Shown: in pieces, positions 8,284-16,024 of the stretch
Layout of the letters: each line of letters opens with the position of its first letter
Position numbering within the stretch: position 1 is the first letter of the stretch
Origin: Betaproteobacteria bacterium
GTDB lineage: Bacteria > Pseudomonadota > Gammaproteobacteria > Burkholderiales > SG8-41
DNA: 48,234 nt
Reading direction: 5' to 3'
NCBI GenBank assembly: GCA_031427895.1
Contig: JANPOH010000542.1
Location: 1-48,234 of the forward strand
Program-made: the position numbers and the translations under genes
Notes under the pieces: model-generated
The model's database searches: none
Told to the model about the DNA's origin: nothing
What the model saw: only the letters and a program-made list of their open reading frames with translations

Positions 8284-8961
8284 CTACTGCCGCTCACCCG
8301 CGCGCCACAACCCCGGCAAATCCGCGACACTCTCGATCAGATAGTCATGCGGCTCGCGCGCCAGTTGCTCACGCGTGTGCGCCCCGGACAGCACGCCCAC
8401 GTTTACCGCCACGCGGGCGTTGTGCGCGGCCTGTAAATCGGACACCGTGTCGCCGACGTTGAGCACGTGGCGCACGTTCGCCGTGCCGGTGAGTTCCATC
8501 GCGCGAAATATCATGTACGGCGCGGGACGGCCCTGCGCTACGTCGTCGTTGCAGATCACCGCATTGGCCATGTCGCGCCAGCCCAGTGCGTCGAGCAGCA
8601 GCGTGGTGATGTCGCGGTCAAAGCCGGTGTTGAGCACGAGCTTGATGCCGCGCTGGCGCAGCCACGCAAAGGTTTCCACCGCGCCGGCCACCGGCTGGGC
8701 TTCGCGGGTGAACACGCGCTGTAAATGAGATTTAAAAGACGCGTACACCGCCTCCACGCGCGCCGCGTCGCTGCCGTACTTCGGCGCGATCAGCGTGGCG
8801 ATGGCTTCGCGCTTGGATGCACCGCGCACGGCGCTGATTTGTTGCGCCGAGGCTTCGACGCCATGATCGCTGAGCGCGGCTTCAAAGGCGCGTGCGACTT
8901 CGCCGCTGTCCTTGACCGTGGTGCCCGCCATGTCGCACACCACCAGCGTGATGTCTTTCAT
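8284..8961 (-). CDS. phosphonatase-like HAD hydrolase
   Basis: ORF track. LVVCDMAGTTV (DxAGT nucleophile motif typical of the PhnX-like subfamily), LNTGF, NVGDTVSDLQAAHNA. Its start shares base 8961 with the stop of the upstream gene. Confidence 0.8.
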   Translation of the reverse strand: MKDITLVVCDMAGTTVKDSGEVARAFEAALSDHGVEASAQQISAVRGASKREAIATLIAPKYGSDAARVEAVYASFKSHLQRVFTREAQPVAGAVETFAWLRQRGIKLVLNTGFDRDITTLLLDALGWRDMANAVICNDDVAQGRPAPYMIFRAMELTGTANVRHVLNVGDTVSDLQAAHNARVAVNVGVLSGAHTREQLAREPHDYLIESVADLPGLWRAGERQ

Positions 8962-9638
8962 CAGTCGAAGTCCAGCATGCCCGCCGACACCAGCCGGTTC
9001 TCGACCCGCTGCACGCTACGGAAGGATTTGACGATCTGTTCAGCCCTGGTGACCACCTCGGGCTTTTCCGGCGTGCCCTCGAGCATCACCACGCTGTCGC
9101 GCACGCTGACGCGGATGTTGATGCCGCGCACCAGAAGTTTGCCGTCTACACTTTCGATCAGCGCGCCGGGTGAAAATTCCTGCCGCAGGGCCTCGGCGAT
9201 TTGCCGCAGCAGCACCGGATCGGCAACCGGCGCGCTGCTGGTTTGAGGCTTCGTCACTGCGGCGACCGGCGCGCCGTGCACCACGGCCGGTGCCGTCTTG
9301 ATGACCAGACTGTCTTGATAACCGGTGCGCGCGAGGATGTAATCGACGGCGGCTTTCACGTCGCCGTCGGTCAGGTTGGCGAAGCCGCCCCTGGGGCCCA
9401 TCGCGGAATTAGGCACGCCCTTGATGCCGCCTTCGTGCATGGCGGTGCGGCCCCGCTGCCAGCGCGGCTCCCAATCCGCGCGATGCGTCACACGCGGCGC
9501 ATTGCCCGCACCGCTGTCGTGACACACATTGCAGGTGGCTTTGTAGACGGCTTCGCCGGACGCGGCATGGCCATTCACTGCCGCCCCCATCACCAATGCA
9601 AGAATAACGTAACTATTTGTTTTTATTATGTTTTTCAT
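8961..9638 (-). CDS. cytochrome c5-family domain fused to a C-terminal BON domain (secreted)
   Basis: ORF track. Signal peptide, haem site CNVCH, Met ligand region NSAMGPRGG, and DGDVKAAVDYIL as in cytochrome c5. The C-terminal 80 aa (VRGINIRVSVRDSVVMLEGTPEKPEVVTRAEQIVKSFRSVQRVENRLV) has the BON pattern. ATGA overlap with the upstream hydrolase gene. Confidence 0.8.
   Translation of the reverse strand: MKNIIKTNSYVILALVMGAAVNGHAASGEAVYKATCNVCHDSGAGNAPRVTHRADWEPRWQRGRTAMHEGGIKGVPNSAMGPRGGFANLTDGDVKAAVDYILARTGYQDSLVIKTAPAVVHGAPVAAVTKPQTSSAPVADPVLLRQIAEALRQEFSPGALIESVDGKLLVRGINIRVSVRDSVVMLEGTPEKPEVVTRAEQIVKSFRSVQRVENRLVSAGMLDFD
9610..9625 (+). repeat. AT-rich dispersed repeat copy (core TAAGTATTTGTTTTTA)
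   Basis: TAACTATTTGTTTTTA, 1 mismatch, followed by TTATGTTTTTCATTTGCC. Lies antisense inside the first 11 codons (MKNIIKTNSYV) of the cytochrome gene, next to the stop of the hydrolase gene. Confidence 0.85.
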
Positions 9639-10429
9639 TTGCCACTCAACAGAAACGCCATCAAGTCCCGGTTAAATTGTTCCGCGCGCGTGGTGGTGAA
9701 CGAGTGCCCGCCGCCTTGGCTCATGATGAGTTTCGCGCCGGGAATGGTGCGCGCCAGCGCTGCGGAAAAATAACTCGGTGTGATGAAATCGCTGTCGCTG
9801 CCCATCACCAGCGTTTCGGCTTTGATGTTCGGCAAACCCGCGCGACGATCAAATTTCAACAGCGCATTGATGCGCCCGACCGACACTTCCACCGGCGAGG
9901 ATTTTGTCGGCGCACGCGCCCGCTCCGCTTCGATCTCCGCGTCGTGGGCGTTGACGTAATCGGGCGAATACAAAAACAGCGGATGAAACTGCGAATGCAA
10001 ATCGGGGCCCGCCTGCAAGTACATGTCGCGCCGCGCATGAAACAAGCGCCGGAACCACGGGTCACAATGCGTCCAGGTGCTGCACAGCGCGAGCTTCATC
10101 ACGCGCGCCGGATGCTCTATCGCAATGGTCTGGCCAATCGCGCCGCCGGTGGACATGCCTACAATATGCGCGCGCGCGATGTTCAGCACATCCATCAGGC
10201 CGATGAGCTCCTCGGCCATCTGATCGACGGAAAATTCGCGCTGAATGCGGTCGCTGCCGCCGACGCCGCGCTGATCGTAGGTAATCACGCGAAAGTGTTG
10301 CGAGAACAGCGGCACTTGCGGCGCCCAATAGCGACCGACGCCGTTTAACCCGCTGACGAAAATCAGCGGCTCGCCCCGGCCCGCGTCCTCGTAATGAATT
10401 TCTCCGTCTGCTACGGCTGCTGTCGGCAT
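9635..10429 (-). CDS. alpha/beta-fold hydrolase, RutD-like
   Basis: ORF track 9635..10468; ATG at 10429 preferred (MPTAAVADGEIHYEDAGRGEPLIFVSGLNGVGRYW...). Nucleophile elbow GMSTGG. HPLFLYSPDYV...RINALLKFD parallels E. coli RutD (PLFLYPADW...RLNALKRAD) from memory. Confidence 0.8.
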   Translation of the reverse strand: MPTAAVADGEIHYEDAGRGEPLIFVSGLNGVGRYWAPQVPLFSQHFRVITYDQRGVGGSDRIQREFSVDQMAEELIGLMDVLNIARAHIVGMSTGGAIGQTIAIEHPARVMKLALCSTWTHCDPWFRRLFHARRDMYLQAGPDLHSQFHPLFLYSPDYVNAHDAEIEAERARAPTKSSPVEVSVGRINALLKFDRRAGLPNIKAETLVMGSDSDFITPSYFSAALARTIPGAKLIMSQGGGHSFTTTRAEQFNRDLMAFLLSGK

Positions 10430-10437
10430 GGTCTGTC

Positions 10438-10587
10438 CTATTCTGTTTTGCACGCGAGCATCGCGCACAAGTCGGCCACGTCCGGCGAGGCCAGCCGCTC
10501 CAGATGATCGAGCATTTCAATCACCTGCGAGAGTTTCGGTTCGGCTAGCCGCACGGCGATGGACAGAGTTGCGTTGTCGGATTTCAT
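10438..10587 (-). CDS. small hypothetical protein (49 aa)
   Basis: Inside ORF 10438..10659. ATG at 10587 gives MKSDNATLSIAVRLAEPKLSQVIEMLDHLERLASPDVADLCAMLACKTE. The stop lies 8 nt before the hydrolase start, which suggests coupling. No family recognised. Confidence 0.3.
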   Translation of the reverse strand: MKSDNATLSIAVRLAEPKLSQVIEMLDHLERLASPDVADLCAMLACKTE

Positions 10588-10676
10588 GGCGATGGTGAGT
10601 GAGGTTTGGTGGTGGTCAGGGTGATTATAATGGCAACATTGTTTTTTCCCGGAACGCACAAATCACAAAAGCACAA

Positions 10677-11154
10677 ATGCAACGCGCGACCTTGCTGATA
10701 CTTGCGGCCTGCTTATGCGCGCCCGCCTTCGCGCCGGCGTATCCCGTGAAACGCATTGAAGTGGTGGCGGCGGGGGACGCCGCCAAGAACTACGTGCATC
10801 AAAAAAAAGGCGGCGCCCACGTGCTGTATGTGGAAAGCAATCGCATATTTCAGAACAAGATTCTTGGCGCCACGGCGCTCGGCGTAGACGACTTTGTGCC
10901 GCTGGCGCGGCTGGTGACCGAGTATCGGGTGTGGGTGGTGCGCGCCGATGCGCCGCAGCACGGCGCGAGGTGCGCGCGTTCCGGGACGAACGCCTCGGCA
11001 AGCTGATGGAAACCGAAGCCTGGAAAAAGTGCTGGCGCAATACGGCTGGGCGGATGCGTTCTCGGATTCGGCAACGTTTCGCAAGGAATTCGAAGCCGAA
11101 CGCGAGGTGGCCGAGAAGCTGCTGCGGCAATTGGGGTTCGCGAAGCCCCTCTGA
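10677..11154 (+). pseudogene. Bug/TctC-family gene remnant (internal deletion plus two frameshifts)
   Basis: Three frames each carry pieces. Signal peptide and DFVPLARLVTEYRVWVVRADAP sit in frame of 10599..11006. VRAFRDERLGKLMETEAWKK sits in frame of 10931..11167. VLAQYGWADAFSDSATFRKEFEAEREVAEKLLRQLGF sits in frame of 10948..11154, and is the typical TctC C-terminus. Total length is about half a normal TctC. Confidence 0.65.
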
Positions 11155-11189
11155 ACGTCGGAACTGATTTATCATCGCGCACGGATATC

Positions 11190-11229
11190 CATTCACTTCC
11201 ATTCACCCTCATTCACTTTCATTCACCTA
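11190..11229. repeat. four tandem 10-bp units CATTCACNNN
   Basis: CATTCACTTC CATTCACCCT CATTCACTTT CATTCACCTA, exactly 10-bp phased. Ends 10 nt before the FKBP gene ATG at 11239. Confidence 0.85.
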
Positions 11230-11238
11230 TTTCTCATC

Positions 11239-11727
11239 ATGAACAAATCGCTTTCCACGCATCGCACAACCGCCTTTGTTAACCGCATCCTCGCCGCCGC
11301 CGTGGTCAGCGGCCTGCTCATGGCCGGGGCAACCCCAGTCATGGCGCAGGCCCATCCTGACGCCACGCTTGCGGCAGCCGCCAAGGAACCCGGCGCCAAA
11401 GTCACCGCCAGCGGCCTGGTCATCCGCATGCTCAAGGAAGGCACGGGCGCACAGCCCACCGCGGCATCCACGGTGCGGGTGCATTACAAGGGCGCATTTC
11501 CCGACGGCAAAGAGATCGACAGCTCGTACAAACGCGGCGAGCCGATTGAGTTTCCGCTGAGCGGCGTAATCAAGTGCTGGACCGAGGGCGTCGCGCTGAT
11601 GAAGGTTGGCGGCACGGCAAAGCTCACCTGCCCGTCGTCGATAGCCTATGGCGCGCGTGGCGCCGGCGGCGTGATCCCGCCGAACGCCACGCTGGTTTTT
11701 GACGTGGATCTGTTGGGAGTTCGCTGA
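11239..11727 (+). CDS. FKBP-type peptidyl-prolyl cis-trans isomerase (periplasmic)
   Basis: ORF track. Signal peptide, then VRVHYKGAFPDGKEIDSSYKRGEPIEFPLSGVIKCWTEGVALMKVGGTAKLTCPSSIAYGARGAGGVIPPNATLVFDVDLLGV, a canonical FKBP domain. Confidence 0.9.
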   Translation: MNKSLSTHRTTAFVNRILAAAVVSGLLMAGATPVMAQAHPDATLAAAAKEPGAKVTASGLVIRMLKEGTGAQPTAASTVRVHYKGAFPDGKEIDSSYKRGEPIEFPLSGVIKCWTEGVALMKVGGTAKLTCPSSIAYGARGAGGVIPPNATLVFDVDLLGVR

Positions 11728-11778
11728 GCCGGCAGGCGTACGTTACTCGGCCGGCAGGCGTACGCTACTCGGCCAGCC
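11728..11778. repeat. 22-bp tandem direct repeat (2 copies plus a 7-bp partial)
   Basis: GCCGGCAGGCGTACGTTACTCG (11728-11749) and GCCGGCAGGCGTACGCTACTCG (11750-11771), 21/22 identical, then GCCAGCC. Begins immediately after the FKBP stop codon. Confidence 0.85.
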
Positions 11779-12128
11779 TGTGCTTGCCTAACGTCCACCC
11801 CGGCCTGGCGAGGTGTTTTTCCGCCACCGCAATCGGTTCTTCCACCAGCGGCGTGGCAAGGCTGTCGTTCCAGCGATTGAAAAACCCGAAGAAGCTCACC
11901 AACGCGGTGATCTCGACGATCTGGCCGTCGTCCCGGTGTTTCTTGAGCGCGCCGGGGTGATTGCCCTGCGCCATGTCGTAATAAAATTTCGCCAACTCGT
12001 GTTTGAAGCCGTTGGGCAATTTGGTCTTGAGGTCTTTGAGCGCGCGCTCTTCGCGCTCGAAGCGCGACACCAGGAACGGCGTGACGCCGCCGCTGTGCGA
12101 GAAAATCCATTTGCTATCCGGAATAGTT
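11765..12128 (-). pseudogene. chimeric remnant: amidohydrolase-2-like C-terminal fragment fused in frame to a CMD/AhpD-like C-terminal fragment
   Basis: Part of ORF 11765..12175, whose listed start lies inside the acyl-CoA synthetase gene. KWIFSHSGGVTPFLVSRFE...LPNGFKHELAKFYYDMAQGNHPGAL resembles the end of amidohydrolase-2 enzymes. DDGQIVEITALVSFFGFFNRWNDSLATPLVEEP...GWTLGKH resembles the end of carboxymuconolactone-decarboxylase-family proteins. Neither part is full length. Confidence 0.45.
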
Positions 12129-12131
12129 ACA

Positions 12132-13712
12132 TTATTTTTTCTGTGACGCCTGTAACGCCGCCACCGCCATTTCACGCAATTTGGCTTTTTGTATTTTGTT
12201 GCCGTTCGCGCTCGGCGTAAACGGAAATGCAGCTATGGGCAACACGTGGTGCGGCACCTTGTAGTTGGCGATCTGATTTTTGCAGTGCGCGATCAGCGCC
12301 GCTTCATCAACCGCGTTGCCGCTCGCGGGCAGTACAAACGCCACCGGCACCGGCCCGCGCGGGCCGTCGATACCCACCACCTGACTCGCTGCCACCGCGG
12401 GGTGCGCGTCGAGCACGGCTTCGATTTCCATCGGGTTCACCAAAAAGCCCGACAGCCGCAGTACGTCGCCGATGCGCGACAGGAACACAAAGTCGCCTTC
12501 GGCCACGGCGTAACCGAGATCGCCGCTTTTGAAAAAACCGTCTTCGGTAAACGCCGCGGCGGTGGCCTCCGGGTTGCCGTAGTAACCCATCAGCCCGCTC
12601 GGCCCTTTGAACTCAAGTTCGCCCGGCTCGCCGTGCGGCAATATTTTCCCGCTCTCGGTATGGCGCGCGCGCACCTGCGTGGCTTGGGTCACCAGTTTGC
12701 CGCCGCCGATCTCACGTTGCGCGGGCGGGGCGTCCAGCGGCTGATGCGACAGCACCGCCTGCATTTCGCTGGAGCCGTACACCGCCACCATCGTCAGCCC
12801 GCGCGCCTGCGCGGGCGCGGCCTGCCCCGCGCGCACGCCGATCACCATCCGCACGCTCGGATACGGCATCGGTTTCGCCGACGCCGCCAGCAGTTGCGCC
12901 ACGATGTCGCCGGTGGCCGGGAAATGCGTGACTTTGTGCGTGCGTATCGCATGCGCCGCCGCCTGCGCTTCAAAGGTGGGGATCATCACCACGGTGCGCC
13001 CGCCCGCCAGCGGACTCAGTGCGTGACTCATGCCGAAGGTGCCGCACATCGGCACGGTCAGCAGCGTGACCGCGCCCGCATCGCCGTAACCGAATCCGCG
13101 CGCCGCTTCCGCTGCGTGGCTCGCCATCGACGCCTGATGATGCAGCACGAATTTCGGCAGTTTGGTGGTGCCGCTGGTGGTGAACACGAGGCAGCCCAGA
13201 TCAGGGCGGGCGTGATCGCGCGCGTACGGCGCGCTTGCGGCGAGCACACGATACGGCTTTGCTTTGTGTCCGAGCACGGTGCGCGGCGGCGCCGCTGCGT
13301 CTTCGTCGTAAGCGACGATCGCGGTCAACCCCTTTAACGCATCCGCGCCTGCGTCATGCAGAATGCCCTCGAAATCGATGCCGCGATATCCCGGCCAGTA
13401 CACCAGCACTTTCGCACCGGAACGCCCTACGATATCCGCCACTTCGCTGGAGCGAAAGCGCGTATTGACCGCCACCACGATGGCACCCAGCCGCGCACAG
13501 GCAAAAAACAGGGCCAGCCACGCCGGTACATTGGGCAGCCAGACGGCCACGCGGTCGCCTTCGCGCACACCGAGTTCATGCAGGCCTTGCGCGACGCGCC
13601 GGCTTTCGTCTTCGAGCGCGGCGGCGCTGACGGGCCGGTCGCGATCAATAACCGCCGTGCCGCCCGCCGCCACGCGACGCGCGAGCAATTCGGTTAACGT
13701 TTGCGGATTCAT
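12132..13712 (-). CDS. AMP-dependent synthetase/ligase (acyl-CoA synthetase family)
   Basis: ORF track, 526 aa. AMP-binding motif FTTSGTTKLPK. GEPGELEFKGPSGLMGYYGNPEATAAAF...FKSGDLGY...GRIGD-like region. C-terminal lysine in NGNKIQK. Confidence 0.9.
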   Translation of the reverse strand: MNPQTLTELLARRVAAGGTAVIDRDRPVSAAALEDESRRVAQGLHELGVREGDRVAVWLPNVPAWLALFFACARLGAIVVAVNTRFRSSEVADIVGRSGAKVLVYWPGYRGIDFEGILHDAGADALKGLTAIVAYDEDAAAPPRTVLGHKAKPYRVLAASAPYARDHARPDLGCLVFTTSGTTKLPKFVLHHQASMASHAAEAARGFGYGDAGAVTLLTVPMCGTFGMSHALSPLAGGRTVVMIPTFEAQAAAHAIRTHKVTHFPATGDIVAQLLAASAKPMPYPSVRMVIGVRAGQAAPAQARGLTMVAVYGSSEMQAVLSHQPLDAPPAQREIGGGKLVTQATQVRARHTESGKILPHGEPGELEFKGPSGLMGYYGNPEATAAAFTEDGFFKSGDLGYAVAEGDFVFLSRIGDVLRLSGFLVNPMEIEAVLDAHPAVAASQVVGIDGPRGPVPVAFVLPASGNAVDEAALIAHCKNQIANYKVPHHVLPIAAFPFTPSANGNKIQKAKLREMAVAALQASQKK

Positions 13713-13834
13713 TCTGCTTTCATTCCCACGGAGTTGACCAGTTTGCCGTAGCGCGCCAGTGCGGATTTAATCATCTCGCCCAAGTGTTGCGGCGTGCCCG
13801 CTTCCGGCTCGTACCCTTGCACCGCCAGCACGGG
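13709..13834 (-). pseudogene. C-terminal remnant of a Bug/TctC-family gene
   Basis: Below the ORF-track length cut-off. Manual translation gives ...VLAVQGYEPEAGTPQHLGEMIKSALARYGKLVNSVGMKAE*, the canonical TctC C-terminus (G.EP...TP..F...IK.E.A.W.K.V...G.K.E). No N-terminal 280 aa and no start codon. Its TGA overlaps the ATG of the acyl-CoA synthetase gene. Confidence 0.6.
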
Positions 13835-13908
13835 ATAGGCCGAAACCGCCTGCTGCGCGTGGCTCGCGGCGGCGAATCTGCCACTGGCGACAGAACAAAA
13901 ATTTCCTT

Positions 13909-13924
13909 TAAAAACAAATGCTTA
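13909..13924 (-). repeat. AT-rich dispersed repeat copy (core TAAGTATTTGTTTTTA)
   Basis: Minus strand reads TAAGCATTTGTTTTTA, 1 mismatch, followed by AAGGAAATTTTTGTTCTG. Lies between the pirin stop (13934) and the Bug remnant. Confidence 0.85.
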
Positions 13925-13933
13925 TGTAACATA

Positions 13934-14794
13934 TTACCCTGTAAGCACGCCGCGCTGATAATCGTGCACGGCTTGTTCGACTTCTTCGCGCGTGTTCATC
14001 ACGAACGGGCCGTACTGCACCACCGGCTCTTTGATCGGCTTGCCGGCGAGCATTAAAAAGCGCGCCGGTCCGTTGTCGGCGGTGACGGTGATTTGATCGC
14101 CCGCGGACAACACGCCCGCGCTTTGTGTTGGCAGCGTGCGGGCGTTGTTGACTTCGCCCACCCGCACCGCGCCTTCATAAAGGTAGATGAACGCGCTGTA
14201 GTCCTCGCGCAGGTAATAGTGAAACGACGAGCCGTTGGGCAATTCGACATCGAGGTAACACGGGTCGGTGCCGTGGCCGGTAATCACGCCGTCGGTCGTA
14301 ACACCGGCCACGTTGATGGAACCCGCGATGATTTTCGCGGTGCCGCCCTCGGCCAGCGTCACTTGCGGAATTTCGTGCGGCTCGATATCGCGGTACCACG
14401 CCGGTTTCATTTTCTCGGCGGCGGGCAAATTCACCCACAACTGAAAGCCGCGCATGCGGCCTTCGGTCTGCTGCGGCATTTCGGAATGGATGATGCCGCG
14501 CCCCGCGGTCATCCACTGCGCGCCGCCGCTTTTCAGATCACCCTTGTTGCCCATGTGATCTTCGTGCAGTAAATGACCATCCAACATATACGTCACTGTC
14601 TCGAAGCCGCGATGCGGATGCGCCGGAAAACCCGCGATGTAGTCATCCGGGTTGTCGGTCGAAAACTCGTCGAGCAGCAAAAACGGATCGACATAAAGCC
14701 CTTGCCGGCTGCCCAGACTGCGGCGCAGCTTGACGCCCGCGCCGTCGGACGTGGGCACGGAGGGAATCACCTGTTGCAGGGTGCGCACACTCAT
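13934..14794 (-). CDS. pirin-family protein
   Basis: ORF track 13934..14854; ATG at 14794 (MSVRTLQQVIP...) lies 4 nt after the upstream Bug stop. GFPAHPHRGFETVTYMLDGHLLHEDHMGN...AQWMTAGRGIIHSEMP is the pirin cupin signature. Confidence 0.9.
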   Translation of the reverse strand: MSVRTLQQVIPSVPTSDGAGVKLRRSLGSRQGLYVDPFLLLDEFSTDNPDDYIAGFPAHPHRGFETVTYMLDGHLLHEDHMGNKGDLKSGGAQWMTAGRGIIHSEMPQQTEGRMRGFQLWVNLPAAEKMKPAWYRDIEPHEIPQVTLAEGGTAKIIAGSINVAGVTTDGVITGHGTDPCYLDVELPNGSSFHYYLREDYSAFIYLYEGAVRVGEVNNARTLPTQSAGVLSAGDQITVTADNGPARFLMLAGKPIKEPVVQYGPFVMNTREEVEQAVHDYQRGVLTG

Positions 14795-14798
14795 TGTG

Positions 14799-15812
14799 TT
14801 ATTCCGCCTTGATGTTGGCGGCGCGTGCGATTTTGGTGAAGTTGGCGACTTCATCCATCACGATTTTGTCGAACTCGCCCGGCGTGGTCGGCTTCGGCTC
14901 CAGGCCGATGGCTTGCCAGCGCTGTTTTACCTCTGCGTCGCCAAGGATGCGGCGTATCTCGGCGTTCAACTTGTTGACGATGGCTTTGGGCACTTGTGCC
15001 GAGGTCAGCACGCCGAACCACAAATCCGCACGAAAGCCCGGCACGCCCGCTTCGGCCAGCGTAGGCATATCGGGCAACAGCGCGTCGCGCTGCGACGACG
15101 ACACGCCCAGCCCAACTACGCGGCCTTCTTTCACCATATTGAGCGCATTGGCGATCGGCGACATAAACAACTGCACGCGCCCGCTGATGGTTTCGGTCAG
15201 CGCTTCGGGGATGCCCTTGAACGGCACGTGCATGATGTTGATCGCGGCAGCCGCCTTGAACTGCTCGGCGGCGAAATGCGATCCGCTGCCCACGCCCGCC
15301 GAGGAGAAATTCAATTGGCCCGGCTTGGCTTTCGCCGCCGCGAGGAAATCTTTCAGCGTCTTCGCACCCAGCGCGGGCGCGGCCACCAACAAATATTTGG
15401 ACACCGCCGTCTGCGTAATCCCTGACAAATCCTTGGTCGTATCGTATGGCAATTTGGCATAGATGGCCGGACTGACCGCATGCGCCGACGATACCGACAG
15501 CAGCGTGTATCCATCCGGGTTGGCGGTGGCGGCCAGATTAGCGCCCACCGTGCCGCCCGCGCCGGGACGGTTATCAACGATCACCTGCTGCTTCCATGAC
15601 TCGGTGAGTTTTTGCGCGAGGTAACGCGCGGTGATGTCGGGGCCGCCGCCCGGCGTGAAGCCGATGATGATGCGGATCGGCTTACGCGGATACTCGTTGG
15701 CGCTTGCATTTGCCTTTGTTGCCTTTGCGGCATCCTGCTCCGCGTGCGCGGCGGTCATCAGCAACGCCAGCGGCAGCACCGCAACGATCCATTTCAAACG
15801 GCGACACGACAT
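14799..15812 (-). CDS. Bug/TctC-family substrate-binding protein
   Basis: ORF track. Signal peptide, then YPRKPIRIIIGFTPGGGPDITARYLAQKL...GYTLLSVSSAH...HVPFKGIPEALTETISGRVQL...FTKIARAANIKAE. Confidence 0.9.
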   Translation of the reverse strand: MSCRRLKWIVAVLPLALLMTAAHAEQDAAKATKANASANEYPRKPIRIIIGFTPGGGPDITARYLAQKLTESWKQQVIVDNRPGAGGTVGANLAATANPDGYTLLSVSSAHAVSPAIYAKLPYDTTKDLSGITQTAVSKYLLVAAPALGAKTLKDFLAAAKAKPGQLNFSSAGVGSGSHFAAEQFKAAAAINIMHVPFKGIPEALTETISGRVQLFMSPIANALNMVKEGRVVGLGVSSSQRDALLPDMPTLAEAGVPGFRADLWFGVLTSAQVPKAIVNKLNAEIRRILGDAEVKQRWQAIGLEPKPTTPGEFDKIVMDEVANFTKIARAANIKAE

Positions 15813-15865
15813 AGAGCACCCCGCTATTCGGTTCAGACAGCTGCAAATTTTATCACTGCATCGCC

Positions 15866-16024
15866 ATGCGTCTGGCGGTGAGCTACGGCGCGCATGTATT
15901 CATACCCGCCGCCTTCGGCGCGCTGGGCGCGGCCGTTGGCCTGCAACCGATATTCTGGCTCTGCGCGACGGCGCTAATGAGCGGCTCGGCGATGAACGCG
16001 AAGCAGGCCGGGAAAATAATATAA
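15866..16024 (+). pseudogene. C-terminal fragment of an MFS transporter paralog
   Basis: Below the ORF-track cut-off. Manual translation gives MRLAVSYGAHVFIPAAFGALGAAVGLQPIFWLCATALMSGSAMNAKQAGKII*. It aligns by eye with the C-terminus of the convergent MFS pseudogene (VAHLFIPLFFGSLGTAFGFAPVFVSNAAMLAAGGVL). Confidence 0.4.

Noticed and set aside
10631-10647. Sigma-54-like TGGCAAC-N4-GTTTTTT in the divergent spacer upstream of the TctC remnant.
   Set aside because: The -12 element (TTGC) is absent, so only the GG half matches. The T-run followed by CCCGG looks more like the right-hand tail of the AT-rich repeat.
12189-13337. Long antisense ORFs opposite real genes: 12189..13337 (+, 382 aa), 17667..18710 (+, 347 aa), 27534..28466 (+, 310 aa), 34802..35662 (-, 286 aa), 45705..46538 (+, 277 aa), 22874..23746 (+, 290 aa), 26337..27296 (+, 319 aa).
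   Set aside because: All are Arg/Ala/Gly/His-rich with no recognisable motifs. They lie exactly opposite genes with strong family signatures (acyl-CoA synthetase, pbpG, aspS, glycerate kinase, rpsC/rplP, EEP/nadA). These are typical shadow ORFs of GC-rich DNA.
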